DNA of 64,000 nucleotides from an uncultured Gammaproteobacteria bacterium (lineage in GTDB: Bacteria > Patescibacteriota > Patescibacteriia > UBA9934). Below the pieces are notes generated by a model. That model searched no databases. It saw only the letters and a list, made by a program, of their open reading frames with translations, and was not told where the DNA came from. Below are positions 47,066 through 57,163 of this stretch, piece by piece. The stretch is taken from assembly GCA_964552565.1 (NCBI GenBank), contig CAZKGL010000001.1, positions 25,875 to 89,874 of the forward strand, in the 5' to 3' direction. Position numbers and translations under genes: made by a program. Every line of letters begins with the position of its first letter. Position 1 is the first letter of the stretch.

Positions 47066-49339
47066 ATGTCATACGACCATAAGGCGATAGACAAGAAGTG
47101 GCAGGACCGGTGGGAAGACGCCGGAATTTTCCATGCAAAAGACGGCGACGCGCGTGAAAAATATTACGTCCTCGTCGAATTCCCATACCCGTCCGGCGCC
47201 GGGCTCCACGTCGGTCACCCGCGCAGCTACACTGCGCTTGATATCGTCGCCCGCAAACGGCGCATGGAGGGGAAGAACGTGCTGTTCCCGATGGGGTGGG
47301 ACGCCTTCGGGCTGCCGGCCGAGAACTACGCCATCAAGACGGGTGTCCACCCGGCCATCACGACGAAAGAGAATATCGATACCTTCCGCCGGCAGTTGAA
47401 GGCGCTCGGCTTCAGCTTTGACTGGTCGCGGGAGTTTTCGACGACCGACCCGACGTATTACAAGTGGACGCAATGGATGTTCCTCCAGTTCTTCAAGGCG
47501 GGCCTCGCGTACAAGGCGAACGTGGCCATCAACTGGTGCCCCAAGGACAAGTGCGGCCTTGCAAACGAGGAGGTCGTCGGCGGCGCGTGCGAGCGCTGCG
47601 GCACGCCGGTCGAGAAGCGCGAGAAGGAACAGTGGATGATTGCGATTACGAAATACGCGGACCGACTTATTGACGACTTGAAGACGGTCGACTACTTGCC
47701 GAAGATCGCGAAGCAGCAAGAGGATTGGATCGGCCGCAGCGAAGGTGCGGAGATCGCGTTTGGCGACATGACGGTATTTACGACACGGCCGGACACGATC
47801 GACGGCGTGACGTACGTCGTCCTTGCGCCGGAACATCCGCTCGTCGCGCGCTTCACGACGGACGCGCAGCGCGCAGAGGTCGAGGCGTACGTTGCGGCGG
47901 CAAAGAAGAAGACGGACATCGAGCGCGGCGACGAGACGAAGGCAAAGACCGGCGTGTTCACCGGTTCGAACGTCGTGAACCCGTACAACGGCGAGGAGGT
48001 TCCCGTGTGGGTCGCCGACTACGTGCTCGGCCACTACGGCACGGGCGCGGTGATGGCGGTGCCGCAGCATGACGAGCGCGACCGTGCGTTCGCCGAGACG
48101 TTCGGCTTGCCGATCGTCGACCGGCCGTTGGTTGCGTTCGATGACGCGGTGGCAAGGGCGGGCGGGAAGAAGACCGTGCAGTACAAACTGCGCGACTGGG
48201 TGTTTAGCCGCCAACGCTACTGGGGCGAGCCGATTCCGCTTGTTGATTGTGGCACATGCGGATGGGTCGCCGTACCGGACGACCAGCTCCCGGTCGAACT
48301 GCCGAAAGTCGAGAAGTACGAGCCGACGGATACCGGTGAGTCGCCGCTTGCGGCCATTCCGGAGTTCGTCAACACGACGTGCCCTTCATGCGGCGGAAAG
48401 GCGTTGCGCGAAACCGACACCATGCCGAACTGGGCAGGGTCGTCGTGGTATTTCCTGCGCTACATCGACCCGAAGAATGATGCTGAATTCGCCTCAGCCG
48501 AAAAGCTCGAATACTGGATGCCGGTCGACCTCTACAACGGCGGCATGGAGCACACCACGCTGCACCTCTTGTACTCGCGCTTCTGGAACAAGTTCTTGTT
48601 CGACCAGGGCCTGGTGCCGACGTCGGAGCCGTATGCACGCCGCCACAGCCACGGTCTCATTCTCGCCGAGGACGGCCGCAAGATGTCGAAGTCGTGGGGG
48701 AACGTCGTCAATCCGGATGATGTCGTCAACGAACACGGCGCCGACACGCTCCGGGTGTACGAAGTGTTCATGGGTCCGTTCGAAGAGCCGGTGCCGTGGT
48801 CGACGAATGGCGTCATCGGCGTACGCCGCTTTTTGGACCGCGTGATGCGCATGGCCGAGATGGTCAGTGACACGGAAGATGCGGCGGTGACGAAGGCGCT
48901 CCATAAGACGATCAAGAAAGTAACGGACGACATCGAGGGTTTCCGTTTCAACACGGCGGTCGCCGCGCTCATGAGTTTCGTCAACGAGGTGTACGGCAAG
49001 GGCGCGATCGCGGAAGCATCGTTCGCGACGTTCCTGCGCATGCTTGTCCCGTTTGCGCCGCATGTGGCGAACGAGCTTTGGGAAAAGATCGGACGCGAGG
49101 GATTTGCGGAAGCGGCGGAGTGGCCGGCTGCAGACGAGGCGCTCGCAAAGGACGACGAGGTGACGGTCGCGGTGCAGGTGAACGGGAAGCTGCGCGGCTC
49201 GGTCGTCGTGCCGGCGGAGATTGCCGAAGACGAGCTTGTCGCACGCGCAAAGGCCGACCCGAACGTCGCCAAACACCTCGCGGGCGAACCGAAAAAGACG
49301 ATTGTCGTGAAGGGAAAGATCGTGAACTTCGTGGTGTAG
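47066..49339 (+). CDS. leuS: Leucine--tRNA ligase
   Basis: FPYPSG.GLHVGH, GWDAFGLPAEN, KMSKS. Confidence 0.97.
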   Translation: MSYDHKAIDKKWQDRWEDAGIFHAKDGDAREKYYVLVEFPYPSGAGLHVGHPRSYTALDIVARKRRMEGKNVLFPMGWDAFGLPAENYAIKTGVHPAITTKENIDTFRRQLKALGFSFDWSREFSTTDPTYYKWTQWMFLQFFKAGLAYKANVAINWCPKDKCGLANEEVVGGACERCGTPVEKREKEQWMIAITKYADRLIDDLKTVDYLPKIAKQQEDWIGRSEGAEIAFGDMTVFTTRPDTIDGVTYVVLAPEHPLVARFTTDAQRAEVEAYVAAAKKKTDIERGDETKAKTGVFTGSNVVNPYNGEEVPVWVADYVLGHYGTGAVMAVPQHDERDRAFAETFGLPIVDRPLVAFDDAVARAGGKKTVQYKLRDWVFSRQRYWGEPIPLVDCGTCGWVAVPDDQLPVELPKVEKYEPTDTGESPLAAIPEFVNTTCPSCGGKALRETDTMPNWAGSSWYFLRYIDPKNDAEFASAEKLEYWMPVDLYNGGMEHTTLHLLYSRFWNKFLFDQGLVPTSEPYARRHSHGLILAEDGRKMSKSWGNVVNPDDVVNEHGADTLRVYEVFMGPFEEPVPWSTNGVIGVRRFLDRVMRMAEMVSDTEDAAVTKALHKTIKKVTDDIEGFRFNTAVAALMSFVNEVYGKGAIAEASFATFLRMLVPFAPHVANELWEKIGREGFAEAAEWPAADEALAKDDEVTVAVQVNGKLRGSVVVPAEIAEDELVARAKADPNVAKHLAGEPKKTIVVKGKIVNFVV

Positions 49340-49348
49340 AATGGGGGC

Positions 49349-50659
49349 ATGCTCGCCCGTACGCCGTCCAATGTCCTTTCCGCCATCCTCCTGTTTGGTA
49401 TTGCCATGGCCCCGGTGCGGGCGATGTTCATGGTGCCTGCGGCGGATTCGGTGGCGCACATATCGGGCGAATATCGGGTCGCGGGCGACGTGGTCGACGT
49501 GAATCCTGGCGAATCGACCGCGGGGCTGACGCTCGCGAACGTGACGGTGGATGACCTTGCGAAATCCGACCGCGTCCTCGTCACCGCGCCGCGGTATCCC
49601 GCGTCCCGGATCGGCGATCGCGTCAGCGTCGTCTGCACGCTCGAGCGGCCGGCGCCGTTTGACGGTTTTGCGTACGACACCTATCTCGCCATCCGCGACA
49701 TCCATGCCGTCTGCCGCGTGCAGGACGCGCCGCTCGTCGTCGGCGCTGCAACGCCGACCTTGCTCCTCGAGCTTGTGAAACTCCGCGCGCATCTTATGGA
49801 CCGTGTCGGACGCGTGTTGCCGGAGCCGCAGGCGACGCTCTTGTCCGGTTTGCTGCTTGGCCGCGCGGATTTTTCGAGCGAATGGCGCGACCGGTTCCTT
49901 GCAACCGGCACGACGCACATCGTCGCCGCGAGCGGCTTCAACGTTTCCCTCGTCGTCATGACGCTGTTTGGCGCGCTCACGTGGGTCGGCATCCGTCGTC
50001 AACGCGCGTTTGGCATCCTCGTCGGCGGCATCGCGCTCTACGCGGTGCTCGCAGGCCTCGAGCCCGCTGTGGTCCGCGCCGGCGTCATGGCAGCGCTCGT
50101 GCTCGCCGCGCACCATGTCGGCCGCAAGACGTCGATGCGCAACATCGTCCTCCTTGCGGTCGCGGCCATGCTCGCATTCGAGCCGCGGCTCCTGTTGCAC
50201 GACGTCGGCTTCCAACTCTCGGTCATCTCCACCGTCGCGCTCATTTGGTTTGCGCCGCTGCTTGCCGAGCGGCTGCGGTGGGTCCCGTCCGACCTCGAAC
50301 TTCGCGACATCCTCGCAAGCACGCTTGCGGCGACGTGCGCGACGCTTCCCATCGTCATCCTCTCCTTCGGCCAAGTTTCGTTTCTCGGTCCCATCGTCAA
50401 TCTCCTCGTGTTGCCGCTCGTACCGCCGGCGATGACGTTCGGCGCGCTCGGACTCCTTGGGTCCATTCACGGACCGACCGGACCATTATTGGCCCTCCCG
50501 GCATGGACGCTGCTTTCCGCCGTCCTTTGGATCATCACGTCCGTCGGCAGCCTCCCGTTTTCCGCAGTCGCGATCCCCGATACGCTCCGATACGTCCTTG
50601 CCGCGTTCACCGGCGTTCCTGTCCTCTTCGTATGTCATCGCGTGACAAAAAAGCGATAG
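49349..50659 (+). CDS. comEC: ComEC/Rec2 competence domain protein
   Basis: GTTHIVAASGFNV, VVRAGVM, GFQLS. Confidence 0.9.
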   Translation: MLARTPSNVLSAILLFGIAMAPVRAMFMVPAADSVAHISGEYRVAGDVVDVNPGESTAGLTLANVTVDDLAKSDRVLVTAPRYPASRIGDRVSVVCTLERPAPFDGFAYDTYLAIRDIHAVCRVQDAPLVVGAATPTLLLELVKLRAHLMDRVGRVLPEPQATLLSGLLLGRADFSSEWRDRFLATGTTHIVAASGFNVSLVVMTLFGALTWVGIRRQRAFGILVGGIALYAVLAGLEPAVVRAGVMAALVLAAHHVGRKTSMRNIVLLAVAAMLAFEPRLLLHDVGFQLSVISTVALIWFAPLLAERLRWVPSDLELRDILASTLAATCATLPIVILSFGQVSFLGPIVNLLVLPLVPPAMTFGALGLLGSIHGPTGPLLALPAWTLLSAVLWIITSVGSLPFSAVAIPDTLRYVLAAFTGVPVLFVCHRVTKKR

Positions 50660-51483
50660 CGCTCGTCCTGCTGACCGCGGCGTTCCTCGTTGCGCAGGCG
50701 GTGTACGCGGCGACGTGGTTTGACGACGACCGCCTCGCGGTCTGGGTGTTTGACGTGGGGCAGGGGGACGCGATCTTCATCGACGCGCCGGACATGCAGG
50801 TGCTCATTGACGGCGGGCCGAGCGACGCCGTGCTCGAGAAACTGTCGTCCGTACTGCCGCCGTGGGACCGCAGCATCGACCTCGTCGTCGCCACGCACCC
50901 GCACGCGGACCACATCCTCGGACTCGATGCCGTGCTTGGACGCTACGCGGTCGGTGCACTGGTCGACACGGGGACACCCTACGACACCGCGGCGGCGGAA
51001 GGGTTCGAGCGACTCGGCGGTGCGGCAGCGACCGTGGCGCAGGCCGGCATGTCGTGGGAGCTTGGCAACGGCGCAACGCTCGAGGTCGTGTGGCCGGAGG
51101 TGCCGGTGACGGACGCGGTCGATAACGTGCACGATGGCAATGTCGTGCTCTTGCTGACCTACGGCGAGACGACGATGCTTCTCACGGGCGATGCGGAGAC
51201 GGAACATGAAGAGGCGTTCGCGCTCGATCTGCCGCATATCGACGTACTGAAGGTGGGGCATCATGGCAGCGACACCTCGACCGGCATGACGCTCGTGAAC
51301 CTCACGTCGCCGGACTACGCCATCATTTCGGTTGGCGCAGAGAACGATTACGGACACCCAAGCCCGCTCGTCGTTGACCGGCTCGCGCGCTCCGGCGCCG
51401 CCGTCCTCCGTACCGACCTGGACGGTGATATCCGCGTTCTCACCGAGGGTGATGAACCGCACGTGACGACGTTTCCCGAGTAG
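50632..51483 (+). CDS. ComEC-associated MBL-fold hydrolase (separate ORF)
   Basis: DVGQGD, THPHADH, KVGHHGS, YGHP. Confidence 0.9.
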   Translation: MSSRDKKAIALVLLTAAFLVAQAVYAATWFDDDRLAVWVFDVGQGDAIFIDAPDMQVLIDGGPSDAVLEKLSSVLPPWDRSIDLVVATHPHADHILGLDAVLGRYAVGALVDTGTPYDTAAAEGFERLGGAAATVAQAGMSWELGNGATLEVVWPEVPVTDAVDNVHDGNVVLLLTYGETTMLLTGDAETEHEEAFALDLPHIDVLKVGHHGSDTSTGMTLVNLTSPDYAIISVGAENDYGHPSPLVVDRLARSGAAVLRTDLDGDIRVLTEGDEPHVTTFPE

Positions 51484-51538
51484 CTTTACAGCCGGGGTCG
51501 CCTTGGATATGGTGGTGTCGCAACCCAGGAGTTTTCCC

Positions 51539-51682
51539 ATGTTCTTGCGTTTCCGCCAGGCACTGCGCTTCGAGTGCGACTACCTCCTCCACCGAGCGGA
51601 GCCCGACGAGATCATGCTCGTCCTCGGGCTCCTCGCGTGCCTCGTGGGGGTGATCGTCACCCCGGGCATGCTCGCGGTCTAG
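51539..51682 (+). CDS. 47-aa single-TM small protein (below the ORF-track cutoff)
   Basis: CAACCCAGGAG leader; MFLRFRQ...LVLGLLACLVGVIV. Confidence 0.55.
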   Translation: MFLRFRQALRFECDYLLHRAEPDEIMLVLGLLACLVGVIVTPGMLAV

Positions 51683-51690
51683 GAGGCGAC

Positions 51691-51801
51691 ATGAGCTGGT
51701 TGAAGCCCCTTCTCGCCCTCCTCGCGGCTGCGTTCCTCGGCGTCGCGATCGTCAGCTGTCCGACGGACGAACCGTCCGAGGACGGCGAGGACGACGGATA
51801 G
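51691..51801 (+). CDS. 36-aa small membrane/lipoprotein
   Basis: AGGAGG SD; hydrophobic stretch, IVSC, acidic tail. Confidence 0.55.
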   Translation: MSWLKPLLALLAAAFLGVAIVSCPTDEPSEDGEDDG

Positions 51802-51849
51802 CCGATTGCTCGAGGCCGGTGCGTTCGCGCGCCGGCCTCTTCGTGTCTC

Positions 51850-51906
51850 AGGCCAGACCTTGGGATAGGCCAGACCTTGGGATAGGCTAGGCCTTGGGAT
51901 AGGCTT
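51850..51906. repeat. 17-bp tandem repeat x3.3
   Basis: AGGC(C/T)AG(A/G)CCTTGGGAT units. Confidence 0.85.
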
Positions 51907-51936
51907 GGTATACCATCATGCACGGAACGACATGCT

Positions 51937-52545
51937 ATGCGCATCATGCTGGCCACGAACAACCCGTCGAAAGTCGCCCGCGTCAGGAAGCAACTCGCGG
52001 GGAAGCCGGTGGAGATCGTGACGCCGCGCGATGTCGGCATCGACCCGGTGGAGATCGGCGAAGGAAGCGATATCGTCGCGAACGCGGTCGCGAAGGCGAA
52101 GGCCTACCTCGGCGCCGTCGATATGCCGGTCGTCGGGCTCGACTCGTCGTTTACCATCGAAGGCGAGCCGCTCGACCCGGCAAAGGTGCGCCGCAACGCG
52201 CTCGGCGACCGCGACGAGTCGACGATGACGCAAGAAGAAATCGGAAAGATGATGGTGGAGTTTTACCAGGGCGTCGCGCGGCGTCACGGCGGGGAGGCGA
52301 AGGGGCAGTGGGCCGATGCCTTCGCGCTCGTTATGCCGGATGGCACAGTGACGACGGAACTGGGCGTGCGTCCCGTCATCCTCACCGATATCCCGACCGG
52401 ACCGGTCGATTGGCACTTTCCGCTGCGCGCCTTGTACAAAACGGTCGTCGCGACCGGCAGGCATCCGTCGCAGCAGACCGCGGAGGAAGAGTGGCTCGAG
52501 CTCGCGCCGTATCGGGAGGCGTTGGAACGCCTGCTTGGGCTCTAA
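51937..52545 (+). CDS. Ham1/ITPase-like non-canonical NTP pyrophosphatase
   Basis: LATNNPSK, E.G....NA..KA, DSS. Confidence 0.8.
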   Translation: MRIMLATNNPSKVARVRKQLAGKPVEIVTPRDVGIDPVEIGEGSDIVANAVAKAKAYLGAVDMPVVGLDSSFTIEGEPLDPAKVRRNALGDRDESTMTQEEIGKMMVEFYQGVARRHGGEAKGQWADAFALVMPDGTVTTELGVRPVILTDIPTGPVDWHFPLRALYKTVVATGRHPSQQTAEEEWLELAPYREALERLLGL

Positions 52546-52607
52546 GTGCTTGCATTGACATTTTCTCCGGGTGTGGATATCCTCTGCGCAAATCTTAGGG
52601 ATTTTTT

Positions 52608-53072
52608 ATGGGAGCAGACGTCCAGCGCACATTGGTGCTCATTAAACCCGACGGCATCCAGCGGGAACTCATCGGCGAGGTCGTCACGCGCTTCGAGCGC
52701 AAGGGCCTCAAGATCGTCGGCATGAAGTTGTCGCACCTTTCGGAAGAGCTCCTCGGCGAGCACTACGGCCACCACAAGGACAAGCCGTTTTTCCCGGGTC
52801 TCGTCGCGTTTATGCGCGAAACGCCGGTCGTCGCAATGGTTGTCGAAGGCCTCGGCGTCATCGATGAAGTCCGCAAGATCGTGGGCGCGACGAACCCGCT
52901 GAACGCGGACGCCGGCACCATCCGCGCCGACCTCTCGATGTCGATGGCGGGCAACATCGTCCACGCCTCGGACAGTCTCGAAACCGCCGCGGTCGAGATC
53001 AAGCGCTTCTTCAAAGACGACGAAGTCTTCGGCTACGAGAAGCTCACCGACCGCTACCATTTCGGAAAATAA
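52608..53072 (+). CDS. ndk: Nucleoside diphosphate kinase
   Basis: IKPDG, GATNP, GTIR, NIVHASDS. Confidence 0.96.
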   Translation: MGADVQRTLVLIKPDGIQRELIGEVVTRFERKGLKIVGMKLSHLSEELLGEHYGHHKDKPFFPGLVAFMRETPVVAMVVEGLGVIDEVRKIVGATNPLNADAGTIRADLSMSMAGNIVHASDSLETAAVEIKRFFKDDEVFGYEKLTDRYHFGK

Positions 53073-53110
53073 CCTTGCACCCAGGCTCCAGAAGAGTATG
53101 CTCGCAGCAT

Positions 53111-54403
53111 ATGCGCATACTCTTTCTGTTTGCGCTCGGCCTCGTGTTCGCGCTTCCCGCAGCGGCACGCGCCGAGACGCAATCATGGCCGGCATCGTCC
53201 GGCACGACGATTTCGGGCGGGTTGACTGCGACCGCGACGCCGAGCGGGAACGCGTTCGAACCGAGCGACGCGACGATCGTTGATGGCGCGCTGCTCGTCG
53301 TGTCCGACGAAGGCGACGTTGCGACGATGGGACTCGACGGCAGCGACGTCGAGATGTGGCTCACGTGGGCGAACAACGATCAGGAGGGCGTGACGGTCGT
53401 CGGCGACACGCTGTACGTTTTGAACGAACGCGAACGCGACGTCTTCGCGTACGACCTTGCGACGCACGCGCTGCTGCGCACCTACGACCTCTCGCCGTGG
53501 ATTTCCGGATGGGACAACGAAGGTCCGGAGGGCATGACGTATCACAACGGCCAGTGGCTCGTCGGCCATTCCTTGACGGAAGAGGTGTACGCATTTGACC
53601 TGTCGGGCGACGCGCCGTCGTTCCTCGGGAGCTGGAACAGCGGTCTTCACGTGCGCGCGCTCCACAGCGGCGCCGACGGCAAGCTGTATGTGATGAGCAG
53701 CGGTCGTGTGGCGGTATTCGATGCCGACGGTGGAATGGTCGACTACGCGCTGCCTGCGAACGCAACCGGTCCGGAGGGTTTTGCGCTCGCAATGGACTGT
53801 GCGGCGGGAACGGCGGTCGCGATCATCGCGTATGACTCCGGACCGATTTACCGTTACGAAAACTTCCCGGTGTCCTGTCCGGCGACCGCGCCGGAACCGG
53901 AGCCGACGCCGGAGCCTGAACCGGAACCCGCGCCGATCGATGCGGACGGCGATGGCGTGATTGTTGATGACGACTGCAACGACGCCGACGCGACGGTTGC
54001 TTCGCTGCAGACGTACTACCGCGATGCAGACGGCGATACGCTCGGGGACGCGTCGGACACGACGAGCGTCTGCGCGTCGAGTGCACCGAGCGGTTACGTC
54101 ACGAACATGAACGACACGGACGACACGCGTGCGTACTTCACGGCCGTCGGCGCGACGAACGGCTCCATCGTTGTCACGTACGGCGACGGCTCTTCAAAGA
54201 CCTACCAGGTGTATGTCATGACCACGACGCAGCCGACGACGGCGTACCAATATAAGGATTCGTCCTATCTCGTTGTTGTCGCGCCGTTTGGCAAGCGTGT
54301 GGCGGTTGTCGACGCGTACACGGGCGAGGTGGTCGCCATGCGATGGATGCCGAAAAAGGCCTCCGTGTTGGCGTCTTGGCTCGCAGCGGTTGTCGGTTAC
54401 TAG
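53111..54403 (+). CDS. Secreted beta-propeller (SdiA-regulated/YjiK-like) protein with PE linker and DxDGDG metal-binding motifs
   Basis: Signal peptide; EPS/EG blade motifs; DADGDG..DDCND, YRDADGD. Confidence 0.7.
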   Translation: MRILFLFALGLVFALPAAARAETQSWPASSGTTISGGLTATATPSGNAFEPSDATIVDGALLVVSDEGDVATMGLDGSDVEMWLTWANNDQEGVTVVGDTLYVLNERERDVFAYDLATHALLRTYDLSPWISGWDNEGPEGMTYHNGQWLVGHSLTEEVYAFDLSGDAPSFLGSWNSGLHVRALHSGADGKLYVMSSGRVAVFDADGGMVDYALPANATGPEGFALAMDCAAGTAVAIIAYDSGPIYRYENFPVSCPATAPEPEPTPEPEPEPAPIDADGDGVIVDDDCNDADATVASLQTYYRDADGDTLGDASDTTSVCASSAPSGYVTNMNDTDDTRAYFTAVGATNGSIVVTYGDGSSKTYQVYVMTTTQPTTAYQYKDSSYLVVVAPFGKRVAVVDAYTGEVVAMRWMPKKASVLASWLAAVVGY

Positions 54404-54421
54404 GATGTGGTATAGTCACTC

Positions 54422-54621
54422 TGTCCCCAGGCATTCGTGATTTGCCTAATCATTTCGTGAAAGAGTCCCCTCGGCAACGAGGCTTCGTGAATTGCCACGA
54501 ACCTACAGATCCCGGGCGTTCCGCCCCAGGATGAAGGACCCAGCCCACGTAAATCCCGTTTCGGCGGGATCACGTGGCACATGGCTTTTCAGGCCATATT
54601 CACGTCTTCGCTTCGGGGACA
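54422..54621 (+). ncRNA. ssrS: Probable 6S RNA
   Basis: About 200 nt with TGTCCCC/GGGGACA closing stem, CGTGA/TCACG helix and central bubble; own TGgTATAGT promoter and downstream terminator. Confidence 0.5.
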
Positions 54622-54678
54622 TCCGCGAAACGGCCGGGCATGGCCGTTTTTCGGTTTTTCCGTTATCGTGTGCTTGCT

Positions 54679-55977
54679 ATGCAGAAAATGCTTATTACCG
54701 GTGGGAAGCCCTTGAACGGGACGGTGCAGATTTCCGGCGCGAAGAACGCGGCGTCGAAGATGATCATTGCGTGTTTGCTGACGGCGAAAGAGGTCGTGCT
54801 CGAGAACGTCCCGTTGCAGGCGGAGACGGACATCGCGCGCGAACTGGTGACGATGCTTGGCGCGGAGGTCGCGGTGAACGACCATACGATGACCGTCCGC
54901 GTCCCCAACATCGCCGGGACGTCGGCCATGGAACTGTCGCGCAAGAACCGCTTGGCGGTGTTGGCGCTCGCCCCGCTCCTGCACCGCGCGGGGGAGGCGT
55001 ACGTTCCGCTCCTCGGCGGCGACAAGATCGGTCCGCGGCCAGTGAACTTTCATGTGGATGCGCTCGAAAAGATGGGCGCGACAATCGCGCAGGACGAGAA
55101 GGGCTACCGCGCACGCGTCGACGGCCGCCTGAAGGGCGCGGTGCTGGAGTTGCCGTACCCGTCGGTCGGCGCGACCGAGACCGCGCTCCTCGCCGGCGTG
55201 CTGGCCGAAGGCCGCACGGTCATCCGCAACGCCGCTATCGAACCGGAGATCGTCGACCTCATCATGATGCTCCAGAAAATGGGCGCGATCATCGAGATGG
55301 GCGCCGGCCGCCACATCGAGATTGTCGGCGTTGAGAAACTCGACGGCTGCTTCCACCGTATCCTCCCGGACCGCATGGAGGCGGCGAGCTATGCCTGTAT
55401 GGCGCTCGCAACCCGCGGCGAGATTTTCGTGAAGGGCGCGAAGCACCGCGACATGGTGACGTTTCTGAATGCCGTGCGCCGCATCGGCGGGGAATACGAG
55501 GTGCGCACGGACGGTATTCTGTTCCGCGGCAGCCAGGCGTACCAAGGCCTCAAGCTCGAAACGGACACGCATCCGGGATTCATGACCGACTGGCAGCAGC
55601 CGTTCCTCGTCGTCCTCACGCAGGCGGAGGGCACGTCGGTCATGCACGAGACCGTCATGCAGGAACGCTTCGGGTACACGAAAACGCTCGTGGACATGGG
55701 CGCCGACATCACGCTTTTCGAAAATTGCTTGGGTGAGATCCCGTGCCGCTTCAAAGACCAGAACTACAAGCACGCCGCGGTCATCAACGGCCCGACGACG
55801 CTCCACGCGACCGAGATGACCGTGCCGGACATCCGCGCGGGCCTCGCGTACGTCATTGCCGCGCTTGTCGCGGAGGGCACGTCGGTCTTGAGCGGCATCG
55901 AGCACCTCGAGCGCGGCTACGAAGACCTCTTCGGGAAGCTGACATCGATCGGCGCGGATGTGCGCATGCAAGGCTAA
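54679..55977 (+). CDS. murA: UDP-N-acetylglucosamine 1-carboxyvinyltransferase
   Basis: GAKNAA, GGDKIGPRPV, SVGATE, PGFMTDWQ, DIRAG. Confidence 0.95.
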   Translation: MQKMLITGGKPLNGTVQISGAKNAASKMIIACLLTAKEVVLENVPLQAETDIARELVTMLGAEVAVNDHTMTVRVPNIAGTSAMELSRKNRLAVLALAPLLHRAGEAYVPLLGGDKIGPRPVNFHVDALEKMGATIAQDEKGYRARVDGRLKGAVLELPYPSVGATETALLAGVLAEGRTVIRNAAIEPEIVDLIMMLQKMGAIIEMGAGRHIEIVGVEKLDGCFHRILPDRMEAASYACMALATRGEIFVKGAKHRDMVTFLNAVRRIGGEYEVRTDGILFRGSQAYQGLKLETDTHPGFMTDWQQPFLVVLTQAEGTSVMHETVMQERFGYTKTLVDMGADITLFENCLGEIPCRFKDQNYKHAAVINGPTTLHATEMTVPDIRAGLAYVIAALVAEGTSVLSGIEHLERGYEDLFGKLTSIGADVRMQG

Positions 55978-55979
55978 CT

Positions 55980-56654
55980 ATGTTCCTCTCGCTCCTCACA
56001 TCGAGCCCGGCGCTCGCGGTCGTGTGGCTGCTTGCCATCGTCATCTCGTTGACGGTGCATGAGTTCGCGCACGCGCTCGCCGGCCGGTCGCTTGGCGACC
56101 CGACCGCGGAGCGGGAGGGGCGGCTGACGTTGAACCCGGCAAAACACATCGACCCGCTCGGCTTCTTGCTCTTGCTCCTCGTCGGGTTCGGCTGGGCGAA
56201 GCCCGTTCCGTTCAACCCGTACGCGCTCAAGAACCCGGTGCGCGACTCGGTCGTCATTGCGCTCGCCGGCCCGGTTGCGAACCTCATACTTGCGGGACTT
56301 GCGGCTATCGTGTTTCGCGCCGCGGTCATGTCCGGCGCCGTCTCCGCGACGAGCCTCCTGTCGCCGTTCCTCGTCCTTCTCATGTTCGTGAACAGCGCGC
56401 TTGCGCTCTTCAACCTCATTCCCATCCCGCCCCTGGACGGCTCGCGGCTTCTCGAGGCGCTCTTTGCCTCGCTGCGCTGGCGCCGCGCCGCGGAGATGGT
56501 GGCGAACTTCGGGCCGCGCATCCTGTTCCTCCTCGTCCTTCTCTCGATGTTCGGCGGCGTGAATATCTTCGGCTTCGTTGGGGAGGCGGGGTTCGGCCTC
56601 TGCAGCGAGCTCGCCGGCCAGTCGTGCCTCGGGCTGTTGACGATTTTGTTTTAG
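55980..56654 (+). CDS. Site-2 protease (M50 family)
   Basis: [22 protein letters not shown]. Confidence 0.93.
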   Translation: MFLSLLTSSPALAVVWLLAIVISLTVHEFAHALAGRSLGDPTAEREGRLTLNPAKHIDPLGFLLLLLVGFGWAKPVPFNPYALKNPVRDSVVIALAGPVANLILAGLAAIVFRAAVMSGAVSATSLLSPFLVLLMFVNSALALFNLIPIPPLDGSRLLEALFASLRWRRAAEMVANFGPRILFLLVLLSMFGGVNIFGFVGEAGFGLCSELAGQSCLGLLTILF

Positions 56655-56734
56655 CTCAGCAGTTTTCTCACCATTGGAGGGGCGAGACGAGAGGATTGAC
56701 CTCTTTTTTCGCTTATGATAGGCTCTCGCCACTT

Positions 56735-57163
56735 ATGCCCACCATTAACCAGCTTATCCGCAAGGGTCGCAAGACTTCGAAGGTGAAGTCGAAGTCGCCG
56801 GCGTTGCAGTACACGCTCGACTCGTTGCACCGCAAGCGCACGACGCTTGCGAAGGGCGCCCCGTTCAAGCGCGGCGTCTGCGTCAAGGTAACCACCATGA
56901 CGCCGAAGAAGCCGAACTCGGCGCTCCGCAAGATCGCCCGTGTCCGTCTGAGCAACGGTACGGAAGTCACCGCCTACATCCCGGGCGAGGGCCACAACCT
57001 CCAGGAACACTCGATCGTCATGATCCGCGGTGGCCGCGTGAAGGACCTTCCGGGTGTCCGCTATCACATCGTCCGCGGCCGCTATGACGCCACCGGTGTC
57101 GAAGGTCGCAACCGCGGTCGCTCGAACTACGGCGCGAAGCGTCCGAAGGCGAAAAAGAAGTAA
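56735..57163 (+). CDS. rpsL: 30S ribosomal protein S12
   Basis: [25 protein letters not shown]. Confidence 0.98.
   Translation: MPTINQLIRKGRKTSKVKSKSPALQYTLDSLHRKRTTLAKGAPFKRGVCVKVTTMTPKKPNSALRKIARVRLSNGTEVTAYIPGEGHNLQEHSIVMIRGGRVKDLPGVRYHIVRGRYDATGVEGRNRGRSNYGAKRPKAKKK

Noticed and set aside
49349-51483. ComEC split as a frameshift pseudogene
   Set aside because: The second ORF has its own start and TM anchor; separate competence and MBL genes are a known arrangement
51850-51906. Possible CRISPR array
   Set aside because: Contiguous 17-bp units without spacers; no cas genes in the window
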